Origin: Deltaproteobacteria bacterium
GTDB taxonomy: Bacteria; Desulfobacterota; Desulfomonilia; UBA1062
Direction: 5' to 3'
Length of the DNA: 64,000 bases
NCBI GenBank assembly: GCA_018433085.1
Contig: JAHDRW010000011.1
Span: 55,224 to 119,223 of the forward strand
The position numbers and the translations under genes were made by a program. Below are positions 9,502-18,861 of the stretch, in pieces (the stretch's first letter is position 1; each line of letters begins with the position of its first letter). The notes below the pieces were generated by a model. The model was given only the letters and a program-made list of their open reading frames with translations. It did no database searches and was not told the DNA's origin.

Positions 9502-10494
9502 CTATGGGTTGATCCTCGACCCGATCCCCTTGATCCGGTCGATCGCCTCCTGAACCGTACGGTCCAGCAATTCCTGAACCGATGGGATGTCGTGGATCAG
9601 ACCCACAGACTGACCGACCATCATGGGCGCAAGGTCCACATCGCCCGTTTCCCAGGCCTTGGCGATCCGGTCTCCGGTGATGAGCGGGAGGATGCCTTCG
9701 AGGCCGCCGCCGTCCGCCTCGACCTGGAGGACGGCCTCCACATTCTTGTTTCTCAAGGCCCTGGCCTGGAGATGAATCGATTTGCAGATGAGTGCGGTCT
9801 CGTGTTCCTGCCGCTTGATGAGCTCGTTTTTGATGTTTTCGTGGATGTTGCATTCCTTTGTCGCCACGAAACGGCTCGCCATCATAATGCCCTGTGCGCC
9901 GAGCATGAGAGCCGCGGCAAGCGATCTTCCGTTGACCATGCCGCCCACCGTGACCACGGGCAGATTGACCTCCTCGAGGATCCTCGGGGTCAGTACCATG
10001 GAGGTGACATCGTCGTCCAGAGGATGGCCGCCTTCCTCGATACCTGCGGCATAGATACCGTCGTAACCGGCTTTCTCGGCATGGATCGCGTGACGGACAG
10101 CGCCGACTTTGTGAAACAGCTTCACTCCCGCTTTTTTAAGCATCTCGATGTATTCCATACCGCATGCCTTGTCCACCGGTGCGCCGGAAACCTCCACGCC
10201 GGCCACCTGCTCTTCGGCGCAGACCTTGAGATACATCTTGTAATGTTCGGCCGTGATGCGCACAGAGGGAAGGATCGTCACGCCCACCATAAAGGGCTTG
10301 TCCGTCATCTTTCGCGTTTTGCCAATAGCGGCCCGGAAGTCGGTTTCCGTGTCGTAATTCGCAGCGGTGATATTGCCCATACCGCCCGCGTTTGATATTG
10401 CCGCACAGAATTCCGGTTTGCAAAGCCACATCATGGATCCGCAGATGATAGGGTACTCAATGCCGAACATCTCGGTGATGGCAGTTTTTATCAT
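9502..10494 (-). CDS. NMO-family flavoprotein (nitronate monooxygenase / enoyl-ACP reductase FabK-like, TIM barrel)
   Basis: N-terminus MIKTAITEMFGIEYPIICGSMMWL, a GGMGN motif and a long TIM-barrel body. The start was moved to ATG at 10494, which has a GGAGA RBS. The track's upstream 99 codons are AT-rich leader. Confidence 0.75.
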   Translation of the reverse strand: MIKTAITEMFGIEYPIICGSMMWLCKPEFCAAISNAGGMGNITAANYDTETDFRAAIGKTRKMTDKPFMVGVTILPSVRITAEHYKMYLKVCAEEQVAGVEVSGAPVDKACGMEYIEMLKKAGVKLFHKVGAVRHAIHAEKAGYDGIYAAGIEEGGHPLDDDVTSMVLTPRILEEVNLPVVTVGGMVNGRSLAAALMLGAQGIMMASRFVATKECNIHENIKNELIKRQEHETALICKSIHLQARALRNKNVEAVLQVEADGGGLEGILPLITGDRIAKAWETGDVDLAPMMVGQSVGLIHDIPSVQELLDRTVQEAIDRIKGIGSRINP

Positions 10495-10750
10495 AATATT
10501 CTCCTTAACAGAATAATTTGATGGAACCACCTTCCCCGGGAAACATCTTTCATAATTTCTAAGCCTTTGCTGTAACCAAGTCAATTCAAAAAAGGTTGTA
10601 ATATAATAATACAATATCAATATAAAACGAAATATCATTGACACACGGTTCGAAAAGGTTGTCCTGATGCCGGGAAAACCGCTTTCAGAAAGGGTTTGGA
10701 GGCATGAAGAAGGGTGGTCCTCAAGGTGCAAAAAAAATTCAATGATTGTG

Positions 10751-10801
10751 TTGACAAGGGGCAAATAATTGGTTATATGAAATTCCATCAATTGATGGAA
10801 T
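10751..10801 (+). promoter_or_regulatory. Promoter (TTGACA at 10751..10756, -10 TTATAT/TATATG) followed by a perfect 20-bp palindrome ATTCCATCAATTGATGGAAT (10782..10801) and a repeated half-site ATGGAATCAAT (10821..10831)
   Basis: AT-rich divergent intergenic region upstream of the HMGCS-like/thiolase operon. The palindrome sits immediately downstream of the -10, the expected position for a TetR-type operator. Confidence 0.45.
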
Positions 10802-10953
10802 CAATCAATGTAACGTATGGATGGAATCAATAATTGTAATGAAGCGTGAGAGATGCATGATGGACATTTCCCTCCCCGGGGCGATGTCGGTCTGTTTTAG
10901 CTTCACCTGATCAGCGTCAGGGGTTGCACGACAAATAAAAAGGAGGATCTGGC

Positions 10954-12420
10954 ATGGCAGGAATCACTTCCTTCGGGGGATACATACCCCGTTACCGGCT
11001 CAGCAGGATGGTTATCGTCCAGAACATGGCCTGGTATTTTCCCGTGATCATGGCGGTCGCAGGCGGTGAAAAGGCGGTGGCCAACTGGGATGAAGACTCG
11101 GTGAGCATGGCCGTTGCCGCTGCATACGACTGTATGGCCGGGCACGACAGGAAAGGGCTCGACGCCCTCTATTTCGCATCGACCACGATGCCATTCGCCG
11201 ACAGGCTCAATGCGGGTATCGTCGCAGCCGCGCTCAACATGCGTGAAAACGGCGTGTCGAATGCGGACTTTGCATCCTGCATGAAGGCAGGCACAACCGC
11301 AATGATCTCCGCCCTGGACTCGGTGCAGGCCGGGTCGCGGAAAAACGTGCTGGTGGCGGCATCCGACCAGCGGCGCACGAAAATGGCCACCATGTTCGAG
11401 ATGTTCTACGGCGATGGCGCCGCTGCGGTGCTCATCGGCAACGAGGATGTCGTCGCCGATTATCTGGGCAGCTACTCCATCAACTGCGACTTCGTGGATC
11501 ACTACCGGGGGCAGACCAAGGAGTTCGATTACGGCTACGAAGAGCGCTGGGTCAGGGATATCGGCTACGGAAAGGTCATCCCGGAGGCGATATCCGGGTT
11601 CCTTGCGCAGAGCGGCATGAAGATCGGGGACTTCGCCAAGGTAATCTATCCCTGCTATTTCGGGGGCACACATAAGGCCATTGCCGCAAGGCTCGGAATC
11701 GAAAAGGAAAAGGCGCAGAACAATCTACACGCAGTCTGCGGCGATACGGGAACGGCGCATCCCCTGGTGATGCTGGTCGCCGCACTTGAAGAGGCAAATC
11801 CCGGCGACAAGCTCCTGGTGGCGGGTTTCGGTCAGGGCTGCGATGTGCTGGCCTTCGAGGTGACCGATAAAATCAAGGATATGAAACCGCGCACCGGCAT
11901 CAAGGGATCTCTAGCCAATCGGGTGGATCTGACGAACTACCAGAAGTTCGCCAAATTCAGAGACCTCATCACCGCAGACCTGGGCATCCGCGGAGAGGCC
12001 AACCCGAATACGTCGCTCACCGTGCTCTGGCGGAAGCGTAAAATGCTGCTCGGCCTGGTGGGAGTGCGGTGCAAGAAGTGCGGGACTCCGCAGTTCCCCG
12101 TATATCCGACCTGCGTGAATCCCAAGTGCTGGAGCGTGAACGACTTCGAGGACTATGAGTTCTCCGACAAGGAGGCGAAGATCCTCATGTTCACCGGCGA
12201 TATGCTCTCCCCCTCAGTCGACCCTCCGGCGGTATACGGGCTGATCGCATTCGAGGGCGGAGGCAGGACCATGTTCGACTTCACGGACTGCGATCTCAAC
12301 CAGATCAAGGTGGGCATGAAGACCAGAATGTCGTTCAGAAGGAGGCAGACCGACAACATGCGGGGATTCACCGGATACTTCTGGAAGGCTGTCCCTCAGG
12401 TGGAAGGAGGCGATAAATAA
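10954..12420 (+). CDS. HMG-CoA-synthase-like condensing enzyme (archaeal type) fused to a C-terminal DUF35 zinc-ribbon/OB-fold domain
   Basis: The N-terminus MAGITSFGGYIPRYRLS matches the archaeal HMGCS signature (GxxGYGxYIPRYRI). A catalytic-Cys region SCMKAGT is present. The C-terminal ~130 aa carry CKKCGTPQFPVYPTCVNPKC (rubredoxin-like Zn ribbon) followed by an OB-fold, as in DUF35/BbsA. A GGAGG RBS precedes the ATG. Confidence 0.65.
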   Translation: MAGITSFGGYIPRYRLSRMVIVQNMAWYFPVIMAVAGGEKAVANWDEDSVSMAVAAAYDCMAGHDRKGLDALYFASTTMPFADRLNAGIVAAALNMRENGVSNADFASCMKAGTTAMISALDSVQAGSRKNVLVAASDQRRTKMATMFEMFYGDGAAAVLIGNEDVVADYLGSYSINCDFVDHYRGQTKEFDYGYEERWVRDIGYGKVIPEAISGFLAQSGMKIGDFAKVIYPCYFGGTHKAIAARLGIEKEKAQNNLHAVCGDTGTAHPLVMLVAALEEANPGDKLLVAGFGQGCDVLAFEVTDKIKDMKPRTGIKGSLANRVDLTNYQKFAKFRDLITADLGIRGEANPNTSLTVLWRKRKMLLGLVGVRCKKCGTPQFPVYPTCVNPKCWSVNDFEDYEFSDKEAKILMFTGDMLSPSVDPPAVYGLIAFEGGGRTMFDFTDCDLNQIKVGMKTRMSFRRRQTDNMRGFTGYFWKAVPQVEGGDK

Positions 12421-13628
12421 TGGCTACGGGAATCAGAGACAAGGTCGCGATTATCGGAATGGGGTGCTCGCAGTTCGGCGAGCGCTGGAACGACGGTCCG
12501 GAAGAGCTCATGGTCGAGTCCTTCACGGAATGCCTTCAGGACGCCGGCATCGAAAAGACGGACATCCAGGCCGCGTGGTTCGGATCCTGCTTCGACGAGG
12601 TCGGCGTCGGGAAGAGCGCTTTGCCGGCCTCCATGTCCCTGAGGCTCCCCAACATATCGGTCACCCGGGTGGAGAACTACTGCGCCAGCGGCACCGAGGC
12701 GTTCAGGGGGGCGGTCTATGCCGTGGCGTCCGGGGCATACGACATCGCTCTCGCCATCGGGGTGGAGAAGCTCAAGGACATCGGCTACGGCGGACTGCCC
12801 GAGTTCAGTACCGCCATGGGCACGTTGAACCAGCTCTGGATGGCGAACTTCACCGCCCCGGGCGGCTTCGCCATGCTGGCGACCTCTTATGCGGCGAAAT
12901 ACGGCATCGACATGAGTGAGCTCAAGCGGGCAATGGCCCACGTGTCGGTCAAGAGCCATGCGAACGGGGCGCTCAATCCAAAGGCGCATCTGAGAAAGCC
13001 GGTGACCGAAGAGCAGGTACTCAATGCCCCTCAAATCGCTTATCCTCTGGGACTCTTCGACTGCTGCGGCGTGAGCGACGGTTCTGCATGCGCCATCGTC
13101 ACCACCCCGGAGATCGCAAAGAGCCTCGGGAAAAAGGATCTGGTCACGGTAAAGGCCCTGCAGCTCTCTCTGAGCAATGGCACCGAGTTTGCCTTCGACT
13201 GGGACGGGGACCACTTTATCACCACATCCAAGGCGAGTTCGGAGGCCTACAAGGAGGCGGGCATCAAGAATCCGCGGGGGGAGATCAGCATGATGGAGGT
13301 GCACGACTGCTTCTCCATAACCGAGCTGGTGACCATGGAGGACCTGCACATCTCCGAGAGGGGAAAGGCCCCCAGAGATGTGATGGACGGGTTCTTCGAC
13401 CTGAGGGGCGGCGGGGTTCCCTGCCAGGTGGACGGCGGGCTGAAGTGCTTCGGTCACCCCATCGGGGCCTCAGGCCTGAGAATGCTCTACGAGATGTACC
13501 TGCAGCTCCACGGCAGGGCCGGCCAGAGGCAGCTCAAGGATCCGAAGTTCGGGCTCACCCACAACCTCGGCGGGTTTCCCTTCATGAACGTGTGCAGCGT
13601 CGCCATCATCGGGAAACAGGATGCATAG
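12420..13628 (+). CDS. SCPx-type (SCP2) thiolase / acetyl-CoA C-acyltransferase
   Basis: N-terminus MATGIRDKVAIIGMGCSQFGERW and active-site Cys in ENYCASGTEAF, typical of SCP2 thiolases that partner HMGCS/DUF35. The ATG overlaps the upstream stop (TAATG). Confidence 0.8.
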   Translation: MATGIRDKVAIIGMGCSQFGERWNDGPEELMVESFTECLQDAGIEKTDIQAAWFGSCFDEVGVGKSALPASMSLRLPNISVTRVENYCASGTEAFRGAVYAVASGAYDIALAIGVEKLKDIGYGGLPEFSTAMGTLNQLWMANFTAPGGFAMLATSYAAKYGIDMSELKRAMAHVSVKSHANGALNPKAHLRKPVTEEQVLNAPQIAYPLGLFDCCGVSDGSACAIVTTPEIAKSLGKKDLVTVKALQLSLSNGTEFAFDWDGDHFITTSKASSEAYKEAGIKNPRGEISMMEVHDCFSITELVTMEDLHISERGKAPRDVMDGFFDLRGGGVPCQVDGGLKCFGHPIGASGLRMLYEMYLQLHGRAGQRQLKDPKFGLTHNLGGFPFMNVCSVAIIGKQDA

Positions 13629-13660
13629 GAACAGATCCTTTCATAAAAAGGAGGTGAGAT

Positions 13661-14110
13661 ATGGCTGATTTATCCAAGGTAGGCACCGAGTACACCCCCA
13701 TTGTCTGGGAGGTGGAGCGGGGCAAGATCAGGGAGTTCGCGAAGGCCATCGGCGATTTCAACCCGATCTATCTTGACCGCGAGGCTGCGGTGAAGGCGGG
13801 ATATAAAGACACGCCGGCGCCGCCGACGTTTCTGACCGTGCCCATGATGTGGTGCGGAAAGATGCCGGACTTCATCAACGATCTGAAGATCAACTTCATG
13901 ATGGTGCTTCACGGTGAGGAAGAATACGAATACTACCGGGAGATCTATCCGGGCGATGTGATCACGGGCACTCCGAAGGTGACCAAGATGGAGGAAAAGA
14001 CGAGCAAGTCCGGCTCCAAAATGGACATGATCACCCTTGAGGTGCTCTACATCAACCAGAAGGGCGAAGAGGTCGCCAAGGCCAGATCGCTGCTCGTCGA
14101 AAGGAAATAG
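13661..14110 (+). CDS. MaoC-like hot-dog protein: non-catalytic N-terminal half of hydratase 2
   Basis: Motif GDFNPIY lacks the catalytic His of the hydratase-2 signature. The fold is a hot-dog fold. An AGGAGG RBS is present. Confidence 0.7.
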   Translation: MADLSKVGTEYTPIVWEVERGKIREFAKAIGDFNPIYLDREAAVKAGYKDTPAPPTFLTVPMMWCGKMPDFINDLKINFMMVLHGEEEYEYYREIYPGDVITGTPKVTKMEEKTSKSGSKMDMITLEVLYINQKGEEVAKARSLLVERK

Positions 14111-14119
14111 GGGGCAGTC

Positions 14120-14554
14120 ATGATACAGGAAAAATACTTTGAAGATATAAACGTGGGCGACACGGTCATCGAACTGGTGAAGGGACCTCTGCAGAAGCTG
14201 CAGCTCGTCATGTACGCAGGGGCCTCGGGCGATTTCAATCCCCTGCACACGGACGACGACTTTGCGAAGGCGGTGGGCATGAAAGACGGCGTGATCGCCC
14301 ACGGCATGTTCATCATGGGCTGCGTGGGTCAGGCCGTCACCGACTGGGTGCCGAAGAAGCGGCTCAAGCGCTACGGTGTGCGATTCGCGGGCATGTCCAA
14401 ACCGGGAAGCACCATTACCATTTCCGGCACGGTCACCGACAAGCGCGTGTCCGATGGAGAGAATATCGTCACCTGCGCCGTGGTGGCCAAGGACGAGCAG
14501 GGTGACGTAAAGGTGAGCGGAAGCTTTGATGCGGCCTTGCCCGGCAAGGCATAG
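14120..14554 (+). CDS. MaoC-like (R)-specific enoyl-CoA hydratase: catalytic hydratase-2 half
   Basis: Complete hydratase-2 motif GASGDFNPLHTDDDFA with the catalytic D and H. Confidence 0.75.
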   Translation: MIQEKYFEDINVGDTVIELVKGPLQKLQLVMYAGASGDFNPLHTDDDFAKAVGMKDGVIAHGMFIMGCVGQAVTDWVPKKRLKRYGVRFAGMSKPGSTITISGTVTDKRVSDGENIVTCAVVAKDEQGDVKVSGSFDAALPGKA

Positions 14555-14583
14555 TGCAGGGAAAGAAGAGGGAGGAATCTATA

Positions 14584-15489
14584 ATGAAAATCGATTTTAC
14601 CGGAAGAGTGGCAATCGTAACGGGTTCGGGGGCCGGTCTGGGCAAATGCTATGCCCTCGAGTTGGCGAAGCGCGGGGCCAAGGTGGTGGTGAACGACCTG
14701 GGCGGTTCCCGTGACGGAAAGGGATCAAGCGATGCCGCAGCGAACAAGGTGGTGGACGAGATCAAGGCCCTGGGCGGCGAAGCGGTACCGAACTACGACA
14801 ACGTGGCCACCGTGGCGGGAGGCGCGAACATCGTGAAGACCGCGGTGGATGCCTTCGGCAAGGTGGATATCGTCATCAACAATGCAGGGATCCTGCGCGA
14901 CAAGTCATTCACCAAGATGGAAGAGGAGAACTGGGACGGCGTGATGAACGTCCACCTGAAGGGCGCCTATTGCGTAACCAGACCGGCCTTTGAAATCATG
15001 AGGGCCAACGGGTACGGCAGGGTGGTGATGACAACGTCGGGAGCCGGACTGTTCGGCAACTTCGGGCAGTCAAATTATGCAGCGGCCAAGATGGGGCTCA
15101 TCGGGCTGACAAACGTGCTCAAGATCGAGGGCGAGAAATACAATGTCAAAACCAATGTGATCGTGCCCGTGGCCGCTTCCCGGCTCACCGAAGACGTGCT
15201 TCCCCCCGAGTTCTTCGAGAAGATGAAGCCCGACTTCGTGACCTCTGCGGTGCTCTATCTGTGCTCGGAGCAGTGCACGGACAACGGGATGATCATCAAT
15301 GCGGCCCTGGGATACTACAGCCGTTCCGCCGTGGTGACGGGCCCCGGTGCCATTCTGTCGGACGGGAAGAGGGTTCCCACGCCCGAGGAGGTTATGGAAA
15401 GCTGGAACAAGATAACGAGCCTTGAAAATCCCAAGTATTTTGGTATGCTGCCTGAGATGTTCGGCGTGCTGGGGCCCGTTCTTCAGTAG
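14584..15489 (+). CDS. SDR-family (3R)-hydroxyacyl-CoA dehydrogenase, homologous to the dehydrogenase domain of multifunctional enzyme 2 / HSD17B4
   Basis: Co-linear similarity to human HSD17B4 residues 1-300: VAIVTGSGAGLGKCYALELAKRGAKVVVNDLGG, NNAGILRD, YSAAK and a C-terminal SCP-less tail. The start was moved to the ATG at 14584, which has a GGAGG RBS. Confidence 0.8.
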   Translation: MKIDFTGRVAIVTGSGAGLGKCYALELAKRGAKVVVNDLGGSRDGKGSSDAAANKVVDEIKALGGEAVPNYDNVATVAGGANIVKTAVDAFGKVDIVINNAGILRDKSFTKMEEENWDGVMNVHLKGAYCVTRPAFEIMRANGYGRVVMTTSGAGLFGNFGQSNYAAAKMGLIGLTNVLKIEGEKYNVKTNVIVPVAASRLTEDVLPPEFFEKMKPDFVTSAVLYLCSEQCTDNGMIINAALGYYSRSAVVTGPGAILSDGKRVPTPEEVMESWNKITSLENPKYFGMLPEMFGVLGPVLQ

Positions 15490-15549
15490 GCGGGCGAACA
15501 GTACCGGCCGGGCCGGCCGCAGCCGGAAATTCCAGAGCAGAATGGAGAA

Positions 15550-16188
15550 ATGGTGAAAACGACACTCGAAAAGGCGAAGAAAGACCCCGAATCGATGAAG
15601 GCGAGGATCCTGGCGGTTGCCAGAAGGATCTTCGGCGAATACGGTTTCCACGGAACCACCATGCGGATGATCGCCAAAGAGGTGGGCATCGACATCTCCA
15701 CGCTCCACTACCACTGGGGAGAAAAGAAGGATCTTTACGAGGCGGTGATCATCGACATCAACAACGATCTGGGGAAGAAGTTCATCGAGGTGGAGCGGAT
15801 CATTCACGGCCGCCCCCTCCAAGAACGGATCGCCATCGGCATCGACACCATGGTGGACTATCTCTTTCTTCATCCCGAGATCTCGAACATGGTGCTGTTC
15901 CGCTATTTCGGAAAGATCAGGCACGAAGAGCCGGTCGATCTCAAGGTGCCCGAGTTCACCATCGATATCGTACGCTCCATGGGGCTCAAGCAGGACAAGG
16001 AAAACATCAGCTTCTCCATGACCGCCGTGCTGACCATCATGAACTCCATTCACAGCTTCATTTCAGGGGAGAACTTCTTCTCCCCCATGGTCACGCAGAA
16101 CAAGGACGAGTACATCACCATTGTGAAAGAGACGCTCAAGGGCATTTTCATCCCTGCGTTCACCCAGGATACGAGCAGGTTCGAATAG
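15550..16188 (+). CDS. TetR/AcrR-family transcriptional regulator
   Basis: N-terminal HTH ARILAVARRIFGEYGFHGTTMRMIAKEVGIDISTLHYHW; about 210 aa. Confidence 0.8.
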   Translation: MVKTTLEKAKKDPESMKARILAVARRIFGEYGFHGTTMRMIAKEVGIDISTLHYHWGEKKDLYEAVIIDINNDLGKKFIEVERIIHGRPLQERIAIGIDTMVDYLFLHPEISNMVLFRYFGKIRHEEPVDLKVPEFTIDIVRSMGLKQDKENISFSMTAVLTIMNSIHSFISGENFFSPMVTQNKDEYITIVKETLKGIFIPAFTQDTSRFE

Positions 16189-16231
16189 GCCCTCGGCCGG
16201 ACAGCAGTTGGTCACAGGTTTTTTTATACCG

Positions 16232-16322
16232 GGAGGATGGATCTGTCTTCCTCCTCCGCTAAAGAAAATGCGGAGGTCGGGCCCTCCTCCGAATGAATGC
16301 AGTGAAGACAGATCCGTCCTCC
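16232..16322 (+). promoter_or_regulatory. Structured leader: a 19-bp imperfect inverted repeat (16232..16250 with 16304..16322) enclosing mutually exclusive CCTCCGC/GCGGAGG/CCTCCTCCG pairings
   Basis: Segment B (GCGGAGG, 16270..16276) can pair with either segment A (16253..16259) or segment C (16284..16291). The element lies between the TetR stop and the acyl-CoA dehydrogenase start at 16486. Confidence 0.35.
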
Positions 16323-16485
16323 GTTTGAAGGGTGCATCAGGGACAGGCTCACGTTCCGCATCGTCTCCATAATGCAGCACGGGCGGGCGAGAAGTCTCCG
16401 GACTCACTGGTAGCCTCCCGGCCTTAAAAGAGATGTTCTTTACTGGAGATGCGGAGATTCACATTACCGACGAAGGAGAAACGGC

Positions 16486-17628
16486 ATGGAAATCATCCAG
16501 TATACGGACGAACACAGAATGTTCCGGGATTCCGTGAGGAAATTCCTGGAAAAGGAAGTTATACCCCATGTGGAAGAATGGGAAGAGGCGGGTATCACCC
16601 CCCGGAGTGCGTGGAAGAAGCTGGGCGAGCAGGGCTTTCTCGGCATGGGCGTCCCCGAGGAATACGGGGGCCTCGGTGCGGATTTTCTCTACTCCGTGAT
16701 CATGACCGAGGAGATGAGCCGGACCAACCACATGGGTTTATGCACCGCGCTGCACAGTGATATCGTGATCCCCTACATTTTGTCCTACGGTTCCGAGGAG
16801 ATCAAGAAGAAATACCTTCCGGGCTGCGTGTCGGGAGATACCATCGCCGCCGTGGCCATGACCGAGCCCAACACGGGCAGCGACCTGGCCGCCATCCGGA
16901 CCACGGCCGTTGATGACGGCGATCACGTCGTCATCAACGGGCAGAAGACCTTTATCAGTAACGGCATCAACTGCGGGGTCTGCGTGACCGCTGTCCGCGA
17001 TCCCCAGGTGGAAGATCCGTACCGCGCCATCGACCTCTTTGTCATCGAAGAAGGAACACCCGGCTTCGAGAAGGGCAAGCAGATCAAAAAGGTCGGGTGG
17101 CACAGCCAGGATACGGCGGAGCTGTATTTCAGCGACTGCCGGGTGCCCAAGTCAAACCGCCTGGGCGAAAAGGGAACGGGATTTCTGCACCTCATGGAGA
17201 AGCTCCAGCAGGAGCGGCTCATGTGCGCGGTCGGGGCCCAGGCCCTGGCGGAGTACATGCTCGAGATTACACTGGCATACTGCAAGGAGCGCACCGCCTT
17301 CGGGAGGCCTATCTCCAAATTTCAGCACAACCAGTTCGAGCTGGTCGATATGGCCACGGATCTCAAGCTCGGGCGCACCTTCCTGGACAAGCTGATCGTG
17401 GACCACATGGAGGGCAGAAACGTGGTGGTGGAGGTGTCCATGGCCAAGTTCTGGATCACCGAGATGGCGAGCCGGGTGGCGGACCGCTGCATGCAGCTTC
17501 ACGGCGGCTACGGATACTGCGACGAGTATCCCATCTCGCGCGCATGGCGGGACATCCGGGTGACGCGGATCTTTGCGGGGACCAACGAGATCATGCGCCA
17601 GGTCGCGGCCCGCTTCATGGGCCTGTAG
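16486..17628 (+). CDS. Acyl-CoA dehydrogenase
   Basis: ACAD family N, middle and C domains, with the signature region AMTEPNTGSDLAAIRTTA and a C-terminal catalytic-Glu region. An AGGAGA RBS is present. Confidence 0.85.
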   Translation: MEIIQYTDEHRMFRDSVRKFLEKEVIPHVEEWEEAGITPRSAWKKLGEQGFLGMGVPEEYGGLGADFLYSVIMTEEMSRTNHMGLCTALHSDIVIPYILSYGSEEIKKKYLPGCVSGDTIAAVAMTEPNTGSDLAAIRTTAVDDGDHVVINGQKTFISNGINCGVCVTAVRDPQVEDPYRAIDLFVIEEGTPGFEKGKQIKKVGWHSQDTAELYFSDCRVPKSNRLGEKGTGFLHLMEKLQQERLMCAVGAQALAEYMLEITLAYCKERTAFGRPISKFQHNQFELVDMATDLKLGRTFLDKLIVDHMEGRNVVVEVSMAKFWITEMASRVADRCMQLHGGYGYCDEYPISRAWRDIRVTRIFAGTNEIMRQVAARFMGL

Positions 17629-17679
17629 GGGAGGCGAACGGGCGGGTGACCCGCCCGGAAATCACGAGGAGTCGATGCC

Positions 17680-18861
17680 ATGGCAGGACCGCTTCAAGGA
17701 ATGAAGATTCTGGATTTCACCACGCTGCTGCCCGGACCTTTCTGTACCATGAATCTTGCCGACATGGGCGCGGAGGTACTAAGGATAACATCCGGCTCCA
17801 GGCCGGATATGGCGGCGTTTGCCCCGCCGTTCTTTCCCGGGACCGACCTGTCCTTTGCCACCGCGTATCTGGGACGGGGAAAACGCTGTCTTGCGCTCAA
17901 CCTGAAGGACGAACGGGCCGTGCGCATCGTGCACCAGCTGCTCAAAGACTATGACATCCTGATCGAGCAGTTCCGCCCCGGCGTCATGGCCAGGTTCGGT
18001 CTCGATTACGAGAGCCTCCGGGAGGTCAATCCCGCGCTGATCTACTGCTCCATCACCGGTTACGGCCAGGACAGCCCCATCAGCAGCCGGGCCGGTCACG
18101 ACATCAACTACCTGGCGCGGTCGGGTCTCATGTCCTACTCCGGAAAAACGGAAACCGGGCCTATGCTCATGGGCATGCAGATCGCGGATGTGGCGTCCGG
18201 ATCGAACAATGCCATGATTGGAATCCTTGCTGCGGTGATCAGCCGCGCGAACACCGACAGAGGCCAGCACGTGGACATCTCCATGACCGACGGTGCGATC
18301 GCCTTCAATGCCCTGGTGGCCGGGGCTTACCTGGTGGACGGCCAGGAGCCCGGGCGCGAGGGATTCCTCTTAAACGGCGGGTCGGTCTACGACTTTTATG
18401 AAACAAAAGACGGCGGATATGTGAGCTTCGGCGGACTGGAGCCGCAGTTCTTCGCCGCCTTCTGCCATGCCATCGGACGTCCGGATCTGATCGAGGGGGG
18501 CGTGGCCCCGCAGGATCTCCACAAGGTCAAGGATGAGGTCCGGTCCGTCATAAAAACCAGGACCCGGGACGAGTGGATGGAAATTTTCGACGATACCGAT
18601 GCATGCGTGGATCCGGTCCTTTCCCTTTCCGAGGCCCTGGATGATCCTCACGCAAAGAAGCGGGGGCTGGTGGTGGAGCTGGAACTCGCCGGAGGTGGTC
18701 ATGTTCGGCAGCTTGCCAGCCCCATCAGGTTCTCTGAGACCAGGCAGGTATACACGAAGGCCGGTGTGCAGGCAGGCGCCCATACCGCAGAGGTGCTCCG
18801 GGATCTGGGTTATTCGGAGAAAGATATCCAGACCCTTGAGAGCGAGGGGCTTTTCCGCTGA
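17680..18861 (+). CDS. Family III CoA-transferase (CaiB/BaiF / alpha-methylacyl-CoA racemase-like)
   Basis: N-terminus LQGMKILDFTTLLPGPFCTMNLADMGAEV and the family-III fold. A GAGGAG RBS is present. Confidence 0.8.
   Translation: MAGPLQGMKILDFTTLLPGPFCTMNLADMGAEVLRITSGSRPDMAAFAPPFFPGTDLSFATAYLGRGKRCLALNLKDERAVRIVHQLLKDYDILIEQFRPGVMARFGLDYESLREVNPALIYCSITGYGQDSPISSRAGHDINYLARSGLMSYSGKTETGPMLMGMQIADVASGSNNAMIGILAAVISRANTDRGQHVDISMTDGAIAFNALVAGAYLVDGQEPGREGFLLNGGSVYDFYETKDGGYVSFGGLEPQFFAAFCHAIGRPDLIEGGVAPQDLHKVKDEVRSVIKTRTRDEWMEIFDDTDACVDPVLSLSEALDDPHAKKRGLVVELELAGGGHVRQLASPIRFSETRQVYTKAGVQAGAHTAEVLRDLGYSEKDIQTLESEGLFR

Noticed and set aside
12396-13457. 353-aa minus-strand ORF (and 15070..16053, 20034..21440, 9592..10395, 29168..29968, 35000..36265)
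   Set aside because: They are antisense to the thiolase, SDR, ligase, NMO, gap and aminopeptidase genes respectively, without motifs.
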